Assembly (NCBI GenBank): GCA_976551045.1
Contig: CDPCPM010000107.1
Location: 7,316,001 to 7,380,000, forward strand
Source of the DNA: Glaucostegus cemiculus
Taxonomy: Eukaryota
DNA length: 64,000 nucleotides
Direction of reading: 5' to 3'
Shown here: positions 11,252 to 24,697 of the stretch, piece by piece
Layout of the letters: every line of letters begins with the position of its first letter
Numbering within the stretch: position 1 is the first letter of the stretch
Notes under the pieces: model-generated
What the model saw: the letters and a program-made list of their open reading frames with translations, nothing else
Told to the model about the DNA's origin: nothing
Databases searched by the model: none
Program-made: the position numbers and the translations under genes

Positions 11252-12581
11252 TCTCAGGACGACAGTGGATTTACCATGGCAATCGATGTGCAAACGAGAT
11301 TTATGCAGGGGCAATTAGAAAACCAGCAAAACCTCATATTCTGCCACACAGTGAATACTACAGAAATACCACTGTACTTCATTGCGTGGTAGTGGACTTT
11401 ATACTCAGGTGCACATGTTGCAAAGCCACAAGATATCAAGAAAGTAGGCTTTTGGCACAGTTTGTACTGGTGCACTTTTGCTGATGATTGAGCCTTGATT
11501 TGTTTTAGTGTAAATCAATGAAAACTGAACAAAAAAAAAACTCCCAATTGTGTTTGGGAAAATCTGAATTTTTCTTTTTAACCAAAAGATAACTGACCAG
11601 AATTTTTTGTCCAAAATTGACATAAATCACATTTTGATCAGAACACGTCCCTCTTTGAAAAGAGGTATTGGACCTCAACATGCCCGTGAGCATCTCTTCT
11701 AAAAGGTTGCGAGCACATTGTCTTTTCCTAGCCTTGGGAAAAGGAGACAGTCATTAAATACCCTCTGCTACCCCATTCTACACTGCCATTTCAATAGATG
11801 GCATCTTAAGTGCATGTGTGCTGATCTTGATTGCACAACTTTTGATACCTTAGCTTAAGCCTGTACCTGAATGCAAGTCAGGAGAGGCTATGGAAAAAAT
11901 AGATGGATATGTCAGTAACAACAGACAGCAAGTCAGCTCTTGCATGAGTGCTAAATGGATTTTGCCACCTTGTTCATCAGCACCAGCTTGCTCCAGAAGC
12001 AAACATGAGCCATGCTGGAATCTGTGCAATACAATGAATGCCGAAACAGAAGCTGAGCTAAATTCCTTGTGATTGGCTTTATTGGGCTGGATCTTCCATT
12101 GACTGGTCACGACTTTGGACCGTTTGTTTCTTCTATCCTCACGCCTGGGAACCTGGTTGTCAAGTGATCAGCTTGGCATAGCTCCATGTGCCAAACATTC
12201 CCCTGGAATGGCTTTTGCAGCCAGTGATGGCTGGCCCCCGGCTCACCTGCTGTCAAAGCTGTCACTCAAATTGAATGCCGGTGAAAAGTTCTGATATTCA
12301 AATCTAGTCAGGCATTTTTTTTTAAATATTGCTAATATTTAAAGTATCTTCAAAAATATGTAAATACTTAACATTCAGACAGACTTCAAATGTTAAAATA
12401 AGTCTGTAGAAAGCCATCTCTCACCATTGATTTTGATGGGACTGTAGTACTTACACCAAGTCTAACCTGACGCAGTGCAAGTGGACATGCTTCCCAACCC
12501 AGGAGCTGAGAAACCTGTGGAAGTCTGCACTAACCCATTAGACTTCATGTGATCTCCTGACAGTTAACTAGAGTGGGAGAT

Positions 12582-15430
12582 GTCATCGAGTCATAGAGTA
12601 ATACAGCACAGAAACAGGCCCTTCAGCCCAACTGGTCCATGCTGACCACAGCATCCTCTCTACTAGTCCCAGTCACCCGCATTCAGCCCAGAACCCTCCA
12701 AGTTTCTCCCCTCCGTGTACCTATCCAAATGCCTCTTAAGTGTTGCAGTTGTTCCTGCAGCTCATTTCAGGTACTCGCTATCCTCTGTGTAAAGAAGTTA
12801 GCTCTCAGATCCCTTTTAAATCTCGCCCCTCTTATCTTGTATCTGTGCCCTCTAGTTTTGGACTCCCCAACCCTGGGGAAAAGACTATGACTGTCCACCA
12901 TCTCCATACCCCTCATGATTTTATAAACTTCCATGAGGTAAGCCCTCATTCTCCCACATTCCAAGGAATAAAGATCCAGCGTGGCCAACCTCTCCCTATA
13001 ACTCAGGCCCTCTAGTCCAGGCAGCATCCTCATAAATCTCTTCTGCACCCTCTCCAGCTAGACAATGTCTTTCCTTTAACATGGTGACCAAAAGTGCACA
13101 CAATACTCCACGTGCAACCTCGCCAATGACTTGTAACTGCAACATACTGTCCCTACTCCTAAACTCAATGCCCCAACTGATGAAGGCCAGCATGCTGAAT
13201 GCCTTCTTCACCACATTGTCTACTTGTGTGGCCACTTTCAGCGAACTGTGCACTTGTACTCCCAGGTCTCCCTGTTCCACAACACTCATCAGTGTCCTCC
13301 CATTCACTGTACAAGTCCTACCCTGGTTTGATTGTCCAAAATGAATTACGTCACATTTATCTAAGTTGAAATCCATTAACCATTCCTCAGCCCATTTCCC
13401 TAACGGATCAAGATTTCTTTGCAATTCATTGTAACCTGCTTCACTACCAACAAGACTCCCTAATTTAGTATCATCAGCAAGCTTGCTAATCGTGCCATGT
13501 ATATTCATATCCAGATCACTGAATAACAGATGTCCCAACACTGACCCCTGGGGCACCCCACTAGTCACAGGCCTCCAGTCAGAGAACCGACCTTCAGCTA
13601 TCACCCTCTGCTTCCTTTTGTTGAGTCAATTCTGTACCCACCTCACTAGCTCCCCCTGAATCCCATGCGACCTAACCTTCCTGATCAGCCTGCCATGTGG
13701 GACCTTGTCAAATGCCTTACTAAAGTCCATAAAGACAACATCCACTGCCTTACCTTAATCTATCCCCTTTGTTACCTCTTCAAATAAACTCTAAAACATT
13801 CATCAGACATGACCTCCCACGCACAAAATCATTCCTGATCAGGCCTTGACTATCCAAGTGACAAATCTTGTCCCTCAAAAATCCCTCCAGAAACTTCCCT
13901 ACAACTGAAGTCAGGCTCACCGGCCTGTAGTTCCCTGGCCTGTCCTTGCTACTCTTCTTGAACAATAGAACAACATTATCCACCCTCCAGTCTTCTGGAA
14001 CTTTGCCAGTGGTTAACGACGAAACAAATACCTCTACAAGGGCCTCCGCGATTTCTTCCCTGGCCTCCCATAAGGTCCAGGGGTGCATTTGGTCAGGCCC
14101 TGAGGATTTGTCCACTTCAATGCGTTAGAGCTACAAATACCTCCTTCCTCATAATATCATAATAAGCATATGATCCATATCTCTCATCAGCCAGGGTTCC
14201 TGAACTTGGTATGTTTACCCTTCACCCTAAGAGGAACTTATGCTGCCCCTGGATTCTTGATATGGCCCTTTTAAAAGCCTCCCACTTACCAACTGCTCCT
14301 TTGCCTTTAAATAGAGTCACCTAGTCAACCCCAGCTAGATCCTACCTAATGCCCTCAAAGTTGGTCCTGCTGCAGTTCAGGACTTTAACCTGTGGACTTG
14401 TTCTCTCTTTTTCCGTAACTATTTTAAAACTAGTAGAATTGTGGTCACTGGAACCAAAGTGCTCTCCAACTGCCACTCCAGTAACTTGGCCCACCTTGTT
14501 CCCTAAGAGGAGGTCCAGTATTACCCCTTCCCGACTAGGGTAGAATACTCACTATATATTGTGTGAGGAAACTATCTTGGATGCACTGCACAAATTCTGC
14601 CCCATCCAGGCCTGTTGCACTCTGGGTGGTCCAGTCCATACAGGGAAAATTGAAATCATCTCCCACCCTAATATTCTTACAACTACATGCAATTTCTCAA
14701 CACCTCAGGTTCCCCCTGACTAATTGGGGGGTATGGGGGGAGCGGGGGGAGTCTACAATATAGCTCTACCAAGGTGACCATCACCTTCCCATTTCTAAGT
14801 TCTACCCAAATGGCCTCGCTAGATGATCCCTCAAGAACATCCTATCTAAGCACTGCTGTTATGTCCTCCCTTATCAACCCCTCCACTCTTAACTGTTCCT
14901 CTGTCACACCTAAAGTGTCGGTATCCCAGAACACTGGGCTGTCAGTACTGCCCTTCTCTCAGCCATGTTTCTGCTATGGCCACAAATATCCCAGCCCCTA
15001 GAGGCCATCCACACCCTCAGTCCATCCACCTTACCTGTTCAGCTACGTGCATTGAAATAGATGGAATTTAAAGCAGAGGTCCCATCTGCCCTTTCACTGT
15101 AAACATAGCTTTCACTGTAAACATGCTAGGTTGCTGCACATACCCATCTTCTCACTGACTTCACTCTCTCGACTCCCATGCCTGCTGTCAATCTAAGTTT
15201 AAACCCTCCCTGGTGGCAAAAGCAAATTTCCCCCGTAGGATATTGGTCCCTCTCTGGTTCAAGTGCCAACCCATCCCTCTTGTACAGGTTGCCTCTACCC
15301 CAGAAGAGATCCCAATTATCCAAGAAACTGAATCCCTGCCCCCTGCACCTGCTCTTCAGTCATGCATTGATCTGGCCTAGCCTTCTATTCCTGGACTCCT
15401 TAGCACGTGACACCAGAAGTAATCTGGAGA
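12582..15430 (-). mobile_element. Long degenerate CR1 LINE (ORF1 esterase remnant, endonuclease region, RT, 3' tail)
   Basis: DNWDLFWGRGNLYKRDGL (ORF1 SGNH-like), KSSGPDQMHP, PGNYRPVSLTSVVGK, SGVPQGSVLG, SKLADDTKL; GTCATAGA tail at 12582. Confidence 0.92.
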
Positions 15431-15434
15431 TCAC

Positions 15435-15660
15435 ATTATTGTGTTCAGTTCTGGTTTGCTCATTATAGGAAGGATGTGGAAGCTTTAGAGAGGGTGCAGA
15501 GGAGATTTACCAGGATGCTGCCTGGATTGGAGAGCATGACTTATGAGGATAGGTTGAGTGAGCTAGGGCTTTTCTCTTTGGAGAGAAGGAGATGAGAGGT
15601 GACTTGATAGAGGTGTACAAGATGATAAAAGGCACAAATAGAGCAGATGGTCAGAGACAT
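15435..15660 (+). mobile_element. CR1 RT internal fragment
   Basis: YCVQFW.AHYRKDVEALERVQRRFTRMLPGLE, RGDLIEVYKMIKG. Confidence 0.85.
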
Positions 15661-17819
15661 CTTCAAAAAGCTGCCCTCACTCCCAACACCTTGGGCACTT
15701 ACTCTGCCTCTTCACGCCAGTCTCCATTCTCCACTCTTACACTGGCCACTCCACTTGACCCAAGCTTTTCATTGGCTGCTGTTAATTAGCTAATTAGCCA
15801 ATCAACTATTAACCAACATTTAGCAAATGTGCCTCTTCAGCTCCTGAAACTCACCAGAAAGTCCCGAGACCCACCTCTTTTAAACTCTTGTGCCTCTTGC
15901 TCCAGGTCCCAGTGCTCATTTGTCACAATATGTTTTTTAAACTTACAATTTGTTATATTCTTGCCAAGATGTCAGTGATTCAACAAGGATCGCATGTGTG
16001 TCTGGATGGAGAAGGGGTGGGGATTGCTAAATGGGGAACAACTCTGAGCTCATTGGGAAGCCAGTTCCAGTTTTAAGGTAGTTTTAAGGTGCCCACAATT
16101 AGTGGGCAACCAATCTGTGTGCAGAACTTAGGCTGGCAGTTTAAATTCAGCCAGGATGGCTAGGGAGAAATGCCTTCACAGAGTTCATTGGAGTTTGCTG
16201 TAAACAAAAAGGGGGATGAGGGTAAAGGTAGATTGCACTTCATGCTGTGCCTCATCACATCCAGAGTTAAACTTGCAATACATAACTTGGTAGGAACTTT
16301 ACTCGCGGTGCTGCTCCCGGAAGAACCGCAGCTACATTTCCACTACTGGACAGAGAGGAGTGGAGTCCAGTGGGGAAGTCCTCAAACAACAGAAGGGTTA
16401 GTCACCCCAGGAGGACACGAGTGGCAATGGCACTGTGTAAATAAATGTGTTAACACTATCTAATATATGGACCAAATGATGCAAAGAATTGTAGAGTTTT
16501 GCAGTGTTTATTCCTTTTCTCCATTTTTTTATCAATAAAGTTTATTTTTAAAATTTAAAAAATCCCATTGGCTGTAAAGCACTTGGATTCACCACATCAT
16601 CTTGCACAACTTATTTGATGTCACTGGTGCAAAGGGCCATTGTACATTCAAATCCTGTGAAAATGCTGATGCTGGTCTTAGCCAGCATTCTGATGCCTAT
16701 TTAGCATTGGTTTTAGGGTTTCACTTGACGTTAGCTGCTGTAGGAATCTCCCAGCTATCCATCATCCTGCAGTCGTTTATGCTCTGTTGGCTAGATGACT
16801 TCTAAATCAAACTGATTGAGGCATTGCATAGGTTTGTTCCCTCTCCTCACGTGACTAACCTTGCTAAAGGTCAACCACTCAAAAGATCTTCTTCTGCAGG
16901 TCTACCTTCTTTAACTTTCCATCGTTACTCTTCACTTATCCCTTGACACCACGCCCCCCTACCTGACTTCCCCTCGACGATCAGCCCTTCCCATTACCTC
17001 CCCAAAACAAACGCACAGCGCCCTGCCTGCCCCCTCCACAACAAACTATTTGTCCTACCCTTCCCTACTCACAACCACAGTGGTGGCCTCTTCTCCAACG
17101 ACACACCCTTTCACACCACATGGAATTGTCTTCTTCCTCCCCACCTCACTCCCTGTCTGACTGATAAGAGTCTGGAATTGCTTGTCTCAGAGGAAAGACT
17201 AATTATCTCTCTCTCACACACACACACAGTGGGTGTATGTGTGCAAAAAGTTGGAACATTCCGTTCCCCCCCCCACCTCTCAGCATTCCCCTTGAGTTGG
17301 GTCATAGTTCAATTATCCCTGCACTGGACAGCCCAGTGACTAGCCAACATGCACTTATGTGAATAAAAACTCCTTGACTGAGATCCGAGATGCCAGAGGA
17401 AGACCATCAACCATAGATTTTGTGGGTAGTATACACTGGAGATGGGGAGATATTTCTATGGAAACATCTAATGGAAAGCTACCAACAGCCAAGCAGGATC
17501 AGGCTTAGAGATGGATACAGCATTTAACATATGCTCAATGTGCAAAACCTGGGCAAAGCTCTTTGGAGCAGTCTGTGGTAGACACCCAAAGGCAGTGGAG
17601 AAGGATGAGATTCCCCATTGCATCTTTGGGGATAGCTGGTCTCCGAGAGCCTGTTTGATGCATTTGATGTGCCTGTCAATTTGCATTTTCTCTGTGCAAG
17701 GCCTTGAATATTTCAGTTCTGTATCCGTTATGGGTTAAAATGGCTCAATGTGCAGTACTCAGCATCAAATGGCAAGATCCTTCACAAATAAGACAAGCAG
17801 AAGTGTACAAAGGCATGCT

Positions 17820-17825
17820 TTTATT
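17820..17825 (-). terminator. Candidate distal polyadenylation signal of TMX4
   Basis: AATAAA on the minus strand followed by a U/GU-rich tract (TTGTACACTTCTGCTTGTCTTATTTG); alternative AATAAA sites at 18955-18960 and 19637-19642. Confidence 0.5.
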
Positions 17826-18721
17826 GCATTTAACAGAAATAAACGGGTCACTAGAAATAACAGCTGCATTGTAAAAAGTGTATCTCTCCTTCCAAAAATA
17901 AACAGAAAGTGCTGTGCCAAAGTGATTACATACCTTCTGCCTTCTGACGGGTACAGCTAGTAACATATTGTAGAGCTCAAGTGGAAAGACTGTGCCATTA
18001 ATCATTTGGTCCATGACACCTCCATTTTGCCTGGTTTCACAGTCTCAGAAGCATCTACACCTTTGAGCTTCAAGTATATTCATCAGTTAACACTGCACAG
18101 CATAACAATAAAACTTCTGAAAATAAAAAGGCAAGTCGGATGGATAAGTGCAATAGCCATTTTTTGTTTGTTTTACAGATGCACTCATTGTGGTCACAGT
18201 GTAGAGACATGAAAGCTTTCACAAGCCTCTACGTGACTTGTAAACAAGGTCAGCCAAACTATGGGCAAAGCAATAAATACAAAATATAGCAGGTACTTCT
18301 GCATTTATCTTACAAAAGAGGTACATTGTGGACACTATTCTCATAAAATACAAAAGGTAATTTCAAAATACAGCCTTCTGTACCCCCTTAATACAAATCC
18401 AGAAAGAAATATTTGTTACAAAAATAGTACAAATCTTTGCACTGCAAGCCCAATTTTATAATGAGGGAGGATACCCACAGATTATGTACAAAGAGCAAAA
18501 GTTTTGTTAAACCCATCAGAAACACATGGGTCATGCAAACTTGCTAATATATTGCTTGAAATATTTTGAAGTGAACAATTTCAGAACAATGTGATTCCAT
18601 TTTATTCCCAAAAATCAATGGCTCCTTGTTCCTTGAAAGTTACAATTCCAACCACACACACCAAAGGGTCCTTCAAATTGATCAGAGCTTCTGCGGAAAA
18701 CATGATGCAGTCTAGTACATC

Positions 18722-18940
18722 GTCTGCGGAATTCATTGCCACAGACGGCTGTGGAGACCAAGTCATTGGGTATATTTAAAGCGGAGGTTGATGGGTTCTT
18801 GATTTAGTAAGGGCGCCAAAGGTTATGGGGAGAAGGCTGGAAAATGGGGTTGAGAGGGAAAAAATAAATTAGCCATGACCCAATGGCGGAGCAGACTCGA
18901 AGGACCAAATGGTCTAATTCTGCTCCTATGTCTTATGGTC
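18722..18940 (+). mobile_element. CR1 3' fragment, probably inside the TMX4 3' UTR (antisense)
   Basis: TCTGCGGAATTCATTGCCACAG...GCTCCTATGTCTTATGGTC tail. Confidence 0.8.
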
Positions 18941-20163
18941 ATTCTTTACAAATCTTTATTTTTGGAAAAGGTATGTAAATCAGGGAATGTGGTGCCTGTG
19001 TACTTTGACAGTTGAATCCTTGATGTATGGGAGGAAGCATAGGAATGCTTTTAACCCAAATTTAAGCTGCACTGTCTCTCTGCCTGCATGGCATCTGGAG
19101 GCAAAGGTTCACCCAGATCAGAAATTCAGAAAAAAAAAGCACCATAATCTCAGGCTAATTACTGTGCATGCACCTAAAATGGACAGACTTCAAAAGAGTG
19201 GCGAATGGAGTTCGATCCATTTCTGGAGCGATCTGCAGTCACAAAATACATCGGCCAATTAGGAACAGGAATTAAAAGGCACCCACAATCAAAAATGTTA
19301 CTGCATGAGTGCCATAGATGCTCAAACTAATTACTTCTCTTTCCACTTTAACAGAAAACTTTAACCCACTTACAGAATCAATGGAGGGAAGAACTTGTAC
19401 CATGATTGACAACTACCTCTGCCTTCACACATGCTGCAGTGCAAGGAGTACGAGTGTTCTTCAATTTACAGAAGTGCCGTAAGTGACCAACCCATCCACT
19501 GCCCAAGTTCATACACTTGCTGGAGTGTCTCATAACTCACTCTCGTCAAGTTAAAAGTGCAACATCAAGAACCAAAAGTTCCAACCAGTCTATTTCCTTT
19601 AATGCAAATCCTAATGTTTTAATTTAATTTTACTGGTTTATTGAAATCACATTTCCAAGTGTAGTGTGCCAAAAACTGCACACTCACTACATTCAAAGTT
19701 ACATGCTTAAACCTTCCAACTTCGATGCAAAGATAGAATTCCTATTAAAATGTGCGCTGTAAAAGGGTGTGCAGGAAGCCCAGGGAATCATTGGTTGGGC
19801 AATGACTCTGCATACTGTCCGCTAACATGTTACTTGTTTTAAAGATAACTGCCGTTTGCACCTGTGTGGTCAGCTGCTAAAACATACCTACTGTAGAGCC
19901 GCTGCCCTCATCAACCATGGAATATTCATTAAGCCATTAAAAAGAAGCATTACAAAACTGTACAGGTATACCCTGCGTATTAAATTTGATCAAGATTGTC
20001 ATAGCCAATAAATTCGGAAATGAAAAACAAAATCTGAATCCAAACAAGCCAATTTTTTTTTTTTTTTTTTAAGTTCAAACAAAAAATTTGGGACAAAGTT
20101 CCCAGAAGCGCAATTCTTTGGTCCAAGTTCTGGCAAGTGGTATTCGTTTATAAATTGTAGCAT

Positions 20164-20435
20164 TTAGGAGTCATCCTTCAGTATCCTCTTCCTGACCACA
20201 CCATCCACCTCACAGCTGGAAGACGGTGCCTCCAACTCATCCTCACGTTCACTGTTTTCAAGATCATCTTCAAAAGGGGATTCATCTCCACAGGCCCTGT
20301 CACCCAGGCCATCCCCTTCTGCCTCTGCTTCGGACCCATTTGCTTCCCAATCTGGAGCAGCTTGAGCCTTCTTCTCCCCTTCATCAGAGTCCTCTTCATC
20401 AGCCTCGTTCTCTTCATTTTCTCCTTCAATAACCT
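20164..20435 (-). CDS. TMX4: Thioredoxin-related transmembrane protein 4, last exon (exon 8), acidic cytosolic tail
   Basis: Acceptor TGTTGGCAG|AG; EVIEGENEENEADEEDSDEG...VVRKRILKDDS*; RxR ER-retention-like motif; TAA at 20164-20166. Confidence 0.9.
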
Positions 20436-22356
20436 CTGCCAACACAGAAATCAGGAATACAGTATTCTCCGACCCAGTCACTGAACTATATAACAGACTG
20501 GCAACCACCAGGTGAACTCTGTTCACCATATTGCAAAGCTAGCTAACAGTCAGTTCCTAATATCTGTTGGCCCACATTTTAAGAACATATTAAACCACCT
20601 CCCAACCCATAATGCATCGCCTTTGCAATAAGGAGCTATTCTGAAAGCTTTACCAAGGTTTATAAACCAAACAGCACACAGCCCAGCTTGAATCAGACTG
20701 AGAAAAACAGAGTAGGTCCTGCATCATTTCATTGTTCCCTCGTCATCCCTTCACTCTGGCCCCTTCAGATACACTCTTCCGCAAGGCACTGTGTACCCAG
20801 CAAGTGGTTAAAGTACAGCTTGCTCCTTCGGTTGCAGCTTGAGATCTATACAATAAGTGAAGGTACCTTGTTAAGTTTGTTCTCCTGACAGCAAGGGGAT
20901 TGTGCCTCTCACTTTCACTTGACAAGTGTTCAAGTGAAAATTGGAAGCTCGGTTGGGTGAGGATTCACAGACATTGACACACAGTTCAATAATTTACTGC
21001 ACCGTGAATTGTAATATTTTCAAGTTGACTCCATGACCAAAGGGGGACAGTAACACTAGGTCATTTAAGCAGTTAATTTCTGGAAACAACAAGAATAAAT
21101 ATGAGCAAGTATGTGCTATTCTCAGAAGAAATATTTGGTTACCTGCAGCAATCGAAACTACACAACCAACAATCAAGTTGACTCATTACTTTTTTTATCA
21201 TCCATTTACCAGGGCAACCCAATTGGTCTTAACATCTCATCACCATTGGGGAGAGATTGGACCATGGTTCCATGACAATAAGTGAAGGTCAGGTGAAAAG
21301 AGACTGGACTCCCTATGGACCACCCCATCATACATCCCAGAATCTCAGTCATCCCTTCCTGCCTTTCAGTCTCCAATCAATCACTGACCACCCACCTGCC
21401 CAAGCTAATCTATCCACCACCTTCCCACCAAAGGCTGCCGACAGTCCTGTATTGTATAGGACATCCTATATCTGAAAGGAAAATTCCATCCTGCATGACG
21501 TGTGTATGACCTGTAATACCCACCAAAGCTTCTGGAGCCAAAGACCAGGAATCCCTAGGGGAGCCACAGCTTCTTGCAAGAGCCTCTGTTGTCATCCACA
21601 CTCAATGTATCCTGATAACCTGAAGGAACACTGTTGAGAATGCAGCAAAGAATTCCAGCTAACAACTGGGCTCCCTCTGCTGTCTGTCTGGTTCCCAGGT
21701 CCCAGGTGACCTTAAGCCCGGGTCTCAAGTAATGTCAAGCCCAAGGCTCACCTGTCATCAGGCTTGGGCACCAGGGATCAGTCTAAGCCTCAGCTCCAGC
21801 ACCCCACCAGGGAACAGCCTGGGCATCAGGTACTGGCTTGGGCCTGGATGGGCCTCTCACTGGCACTAATCATAACCTCAGGGAGTTCTTTTAAAAGAGC
21901 TGCAAACTGACCATCCCTGCTCAGGCCTCCCTCTGATATCTTCCTCACAAGTACGTAAACTTGAGGCATTACCGGATAAAGCTAAAGCTGCGGAAGATAG
22001 TGGTTTGAGGATGGGTGGGTAGGAAATATGTCAGCTTCCTGACGAGCCTGAAATGTTTGCCCTCTATGACCAAAGGTGACCAGATCACTTTCCGAAAAGA
22101 AAAAAGCACTCAACTTTTATGTACATCTTTAGAGTGGCCTGGAGTATGGTCAGGTATCACGAGTTTACTGTCATACGCACAAGTACACGTATGCATAGGT
22201 GCAATGAAAAACTTACTAGCAGCAGCATCACTGGCACAGAGCATTAGAACTGGGTAAAAATTAGATCGTTTAGTTTCCCTTTCCTCTCTATCATGCTGTG
22301 TAAACTCCAGTTACAGGAGGCACCGTGGCCAACTAAACACACGCCACTAAACACAG

Positions 22357-22656
22357 GGCAGGCACAATAGTGTAGTGGTTAGCATAACGCTACTACAGCA
22401 CCAGTGACCCGGGTTCAATTCCCGCCACTGTATGCAAGGAGTTTGTACATTCTCCCCACGTCCGCATGGGTTTCCTCCGGGTGCTCCGGTTTCCTCCCAC
22501 ATTCCAAAGACGTACAGGTTAGGAAGTTGTGGGCATGCTATGTTGGCGCCAGAAACGTGGTGACACTTGAGGGCTGCCCCCAGAACACGCTACACTCAAG
22601 ATGCCTTTCACTGTGTGTTTCGATGTACATGTGACTAATAAAGATATCTTATCTTA
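22357..22656 (+). mobile_element. tRNA-derived V-SINE
   Basis: A box TAGTGTAGTGG, B box GGTTCAATTCC, V-domain GGGTTTCCTCCGGGTGCTCCGGTTTCCTCCCAC, tail GTGACTAATAAAGATATCTTATCTTA. Confidence 0.9.
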
Positions 22657-22839
22657 CCCAGAGATACAGTTACACTGCGGGGCTTGTCCCCTACTGTGGA
22701 ATGCAACCATGGTAACCCTACCTCCACCCAACCGTCCCCAGTCTCCAATCCCTCCGCATAACTTCTCTGGCGAACCAAGAGACTGCAGTTGATAATAAAG
22801 GTACCTTATCAGTGCTGGACTCGGATAAGTAAAGGAGGT

Positions 22840-23045
22840 GAGAATGGGAAACATTAGGGGAGAGGTGAATGGCAGTTGGAACCAGAACCATATGGGGGTT
22901 GGGGGAAACATGTGGGTGATCTGTGTGGTATAGAGGGTGGATGGAACCAGGAGGGGCAGGGGGACAAAGGTGGGAGGTCCTCCCACAGATGCTGCTCGAC
23001 CCGCTGAGTTCTTCCAGCAGTTTGGTTGTCGCTCCTGAATTCCCT
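22840..23045. mobile_element. Penelope-like fragment
   Basis: G/A-rich segment followed by CACAGATGCTGCTCGACCCGCTGAGTTCTTCCAGCA (pLTR motif). Confidence 0.5.
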
Positions 23046-23279
23046 GGCCACCACCTGATAATAGAAACCAATCATCCAACATCTAGAAAGCTCCTCGATA
23101 CGGCTGGTTGTGATCTGAAAACAGGCACATCCTGTTCCTGCATCCATCCATCTTCCCCACAAAAATAGTGGCCCACAAGCTGAATGAGTCAACTAACAAA
23201 TTTGCCTTCTGGTCAATGCTTCTGGACGCCAACAGGGGCACGAGCTGTAATGGGGTGCAAGTTTTACTGCAAGATGATT

Positions 23280-23687
23280 ACTCACTGGAATTCAGAAGAA
23301 TGAGAGGGAGATCTTAGATAACATTATGTAAGTGATAAATAAGATAGAGGCAAGAAGGTTGTTTCCACTGGTAGGTGAGACTAGAACTAGAGGTCATAGC
23401 CTCAAGATTTGGGGGAATAGATTTAGGAGGGAGATGAGGAGGAACTGCTTTTCCCAGAGAGCAGTGAATCTGTGGAATTCTCTGCCCAGGGAAGTAGTAG
23501 ACGCTACCTCATTAAATATATTCAAGACACAGTTTGATTCTTGCATAGTAGGGGAATTAAGGGTTATGAGGAAAAGGCAGGGAGGCATATCTGAGTCCAC
23601 GGACAGATCAGCCATGATCCACTGAATGGCGGAACAGGCCCGATGGGTCAGATAGCCTGCTTCTGCTCCTATTTCTTATGTTCTTAT
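23280..23687 (+). mobile_element. CR1 3' fragment, same subfamily as 1913-2456
   Basis: LFPLVGETRTRGHSLKI...RNCFSQRAVNLWNSLP; CTTATGTTCTTAT tail. Confidence 0.9.
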
Positions 23688-23734
23688 CTATAACACAGCA
23701 GTGAGCAAGAATATCTAAATAAAGGTGCTCTTAC

Positions 23735-23798
23735 CTGCTACTTCGAGCTTATGTTGGCGCTTGGTTGGACATATACAATCAGCAATTAAGACCAAAAT
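23735..23798 (-). CDS. TMX4: TMX4 exon 7 (64 bp)
   Basis: TTTTTTTTAG|ATT...GCA G|GTAAGA; ILVLIADCICPTKRQHKLEVA; phase 0 to 1. Confidence 0.93.
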
Positions 23799-23904
23799 CT
23801 AAAAAAAAGATATAATTGGTCACTGACTTCTCAGAAGATACAGAGTAAACATTCCAACACTGTACCAGGCAGCAACTGTGCAGACAGACCAGTAACAATC
23901 AACA

Positions 23905-24220
23905 CAGTGGCACATCTAGTGGAGCTGCTGTCTCACAGCTCCAGCAACACAGGTCCAATGTTGACCACAGATGCTCACTGTGGAGTTGGTATGTTCTCTG
24001 TGGAACTGTGTGGGTTTCCCCCGGATGCTTCCATATCCCAAAGACATGATGGTTGGTTTATTAACTGGTCGCTGTAAGTTACCCCCAGTGTGTAGGTGAA
24101 TAGTAGGTTCTGGGGACAGGGGAAGTTGGAAGAAATGTGTGAAGAAGGATAATGTGATTAAGGTTGGTGCAAATGGGTACTTGATAGTCAGCATGGACTT
24201 GGTAGGCCAAAGGGCCTGTT
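23905..24220 (+). mobile_element. HE1-type V-SINE with CR1-derived tail
   Basis: tRNA-like head, V-domain GGAGTTGGTATGTTCTC, tail GGCCAAAGGGCCTGTT. Confidence 0.75.
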
Positions 24221-24223
24221 ACA

Positions 24224-24470
24224 ATAAGATATTTATTTATTAGTCACATGTACATTGAAACACAGTGAAATGACTCTTTTTGCGTTACTCAGAACGTGCT
24301 GGGGGCAGCCCGCAAGTTCTGGCGTTAACATAGTGTGCCCACAACTCCTAACCTATACATCTTTGGACTGTGGGAGGAAACCCGAGCACCGGGAGGAAAC
24401 CCACGCAGGCACACAGAGAGAACATACAAACTCCTTACAGACAACAGTGGGAATTGAACCTGGGTCACCT
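24224..24470 (-). mobile_element. V-SINE
   Basis: Reverse complement of the 22357 family (TTAGTCACATGTACAT...GGGAGGAAACC...GGAATTGAACC). Confidence 0.88.
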
Positions 24471-24697
24471 GTTTCTGTCCCCCCGACGTATATTACTGTG
24501 GTTTTAAACATCTACATGAAAATTATTAAAATTAAAATCTGAATCCTCACTCACGTTTAACTTGGAATCCCAAAAGGCCATATCTTTAAATAAAAAACAA
24601 AAGGGGCCTAAAGGATACAAAATTGTTGACCAACACTTTTTAAACATGTGACACAACAAGGATTATATTTCGATTTACATAGCGCCTTTTTAATGTG

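Noticed and set aside
20850-21290. 15-bp repeat ACAATAAGTGAAGGT as a TSD of an insertion
   Set aside because: No tail or termini of an element are recognisable between the two copies.
22357-22430. tRNA genes at the A/B-box motifs
   Set aside because: They are tRNA-derived SINE heads fused to V-domains, with no full cloverleaf or terminator.
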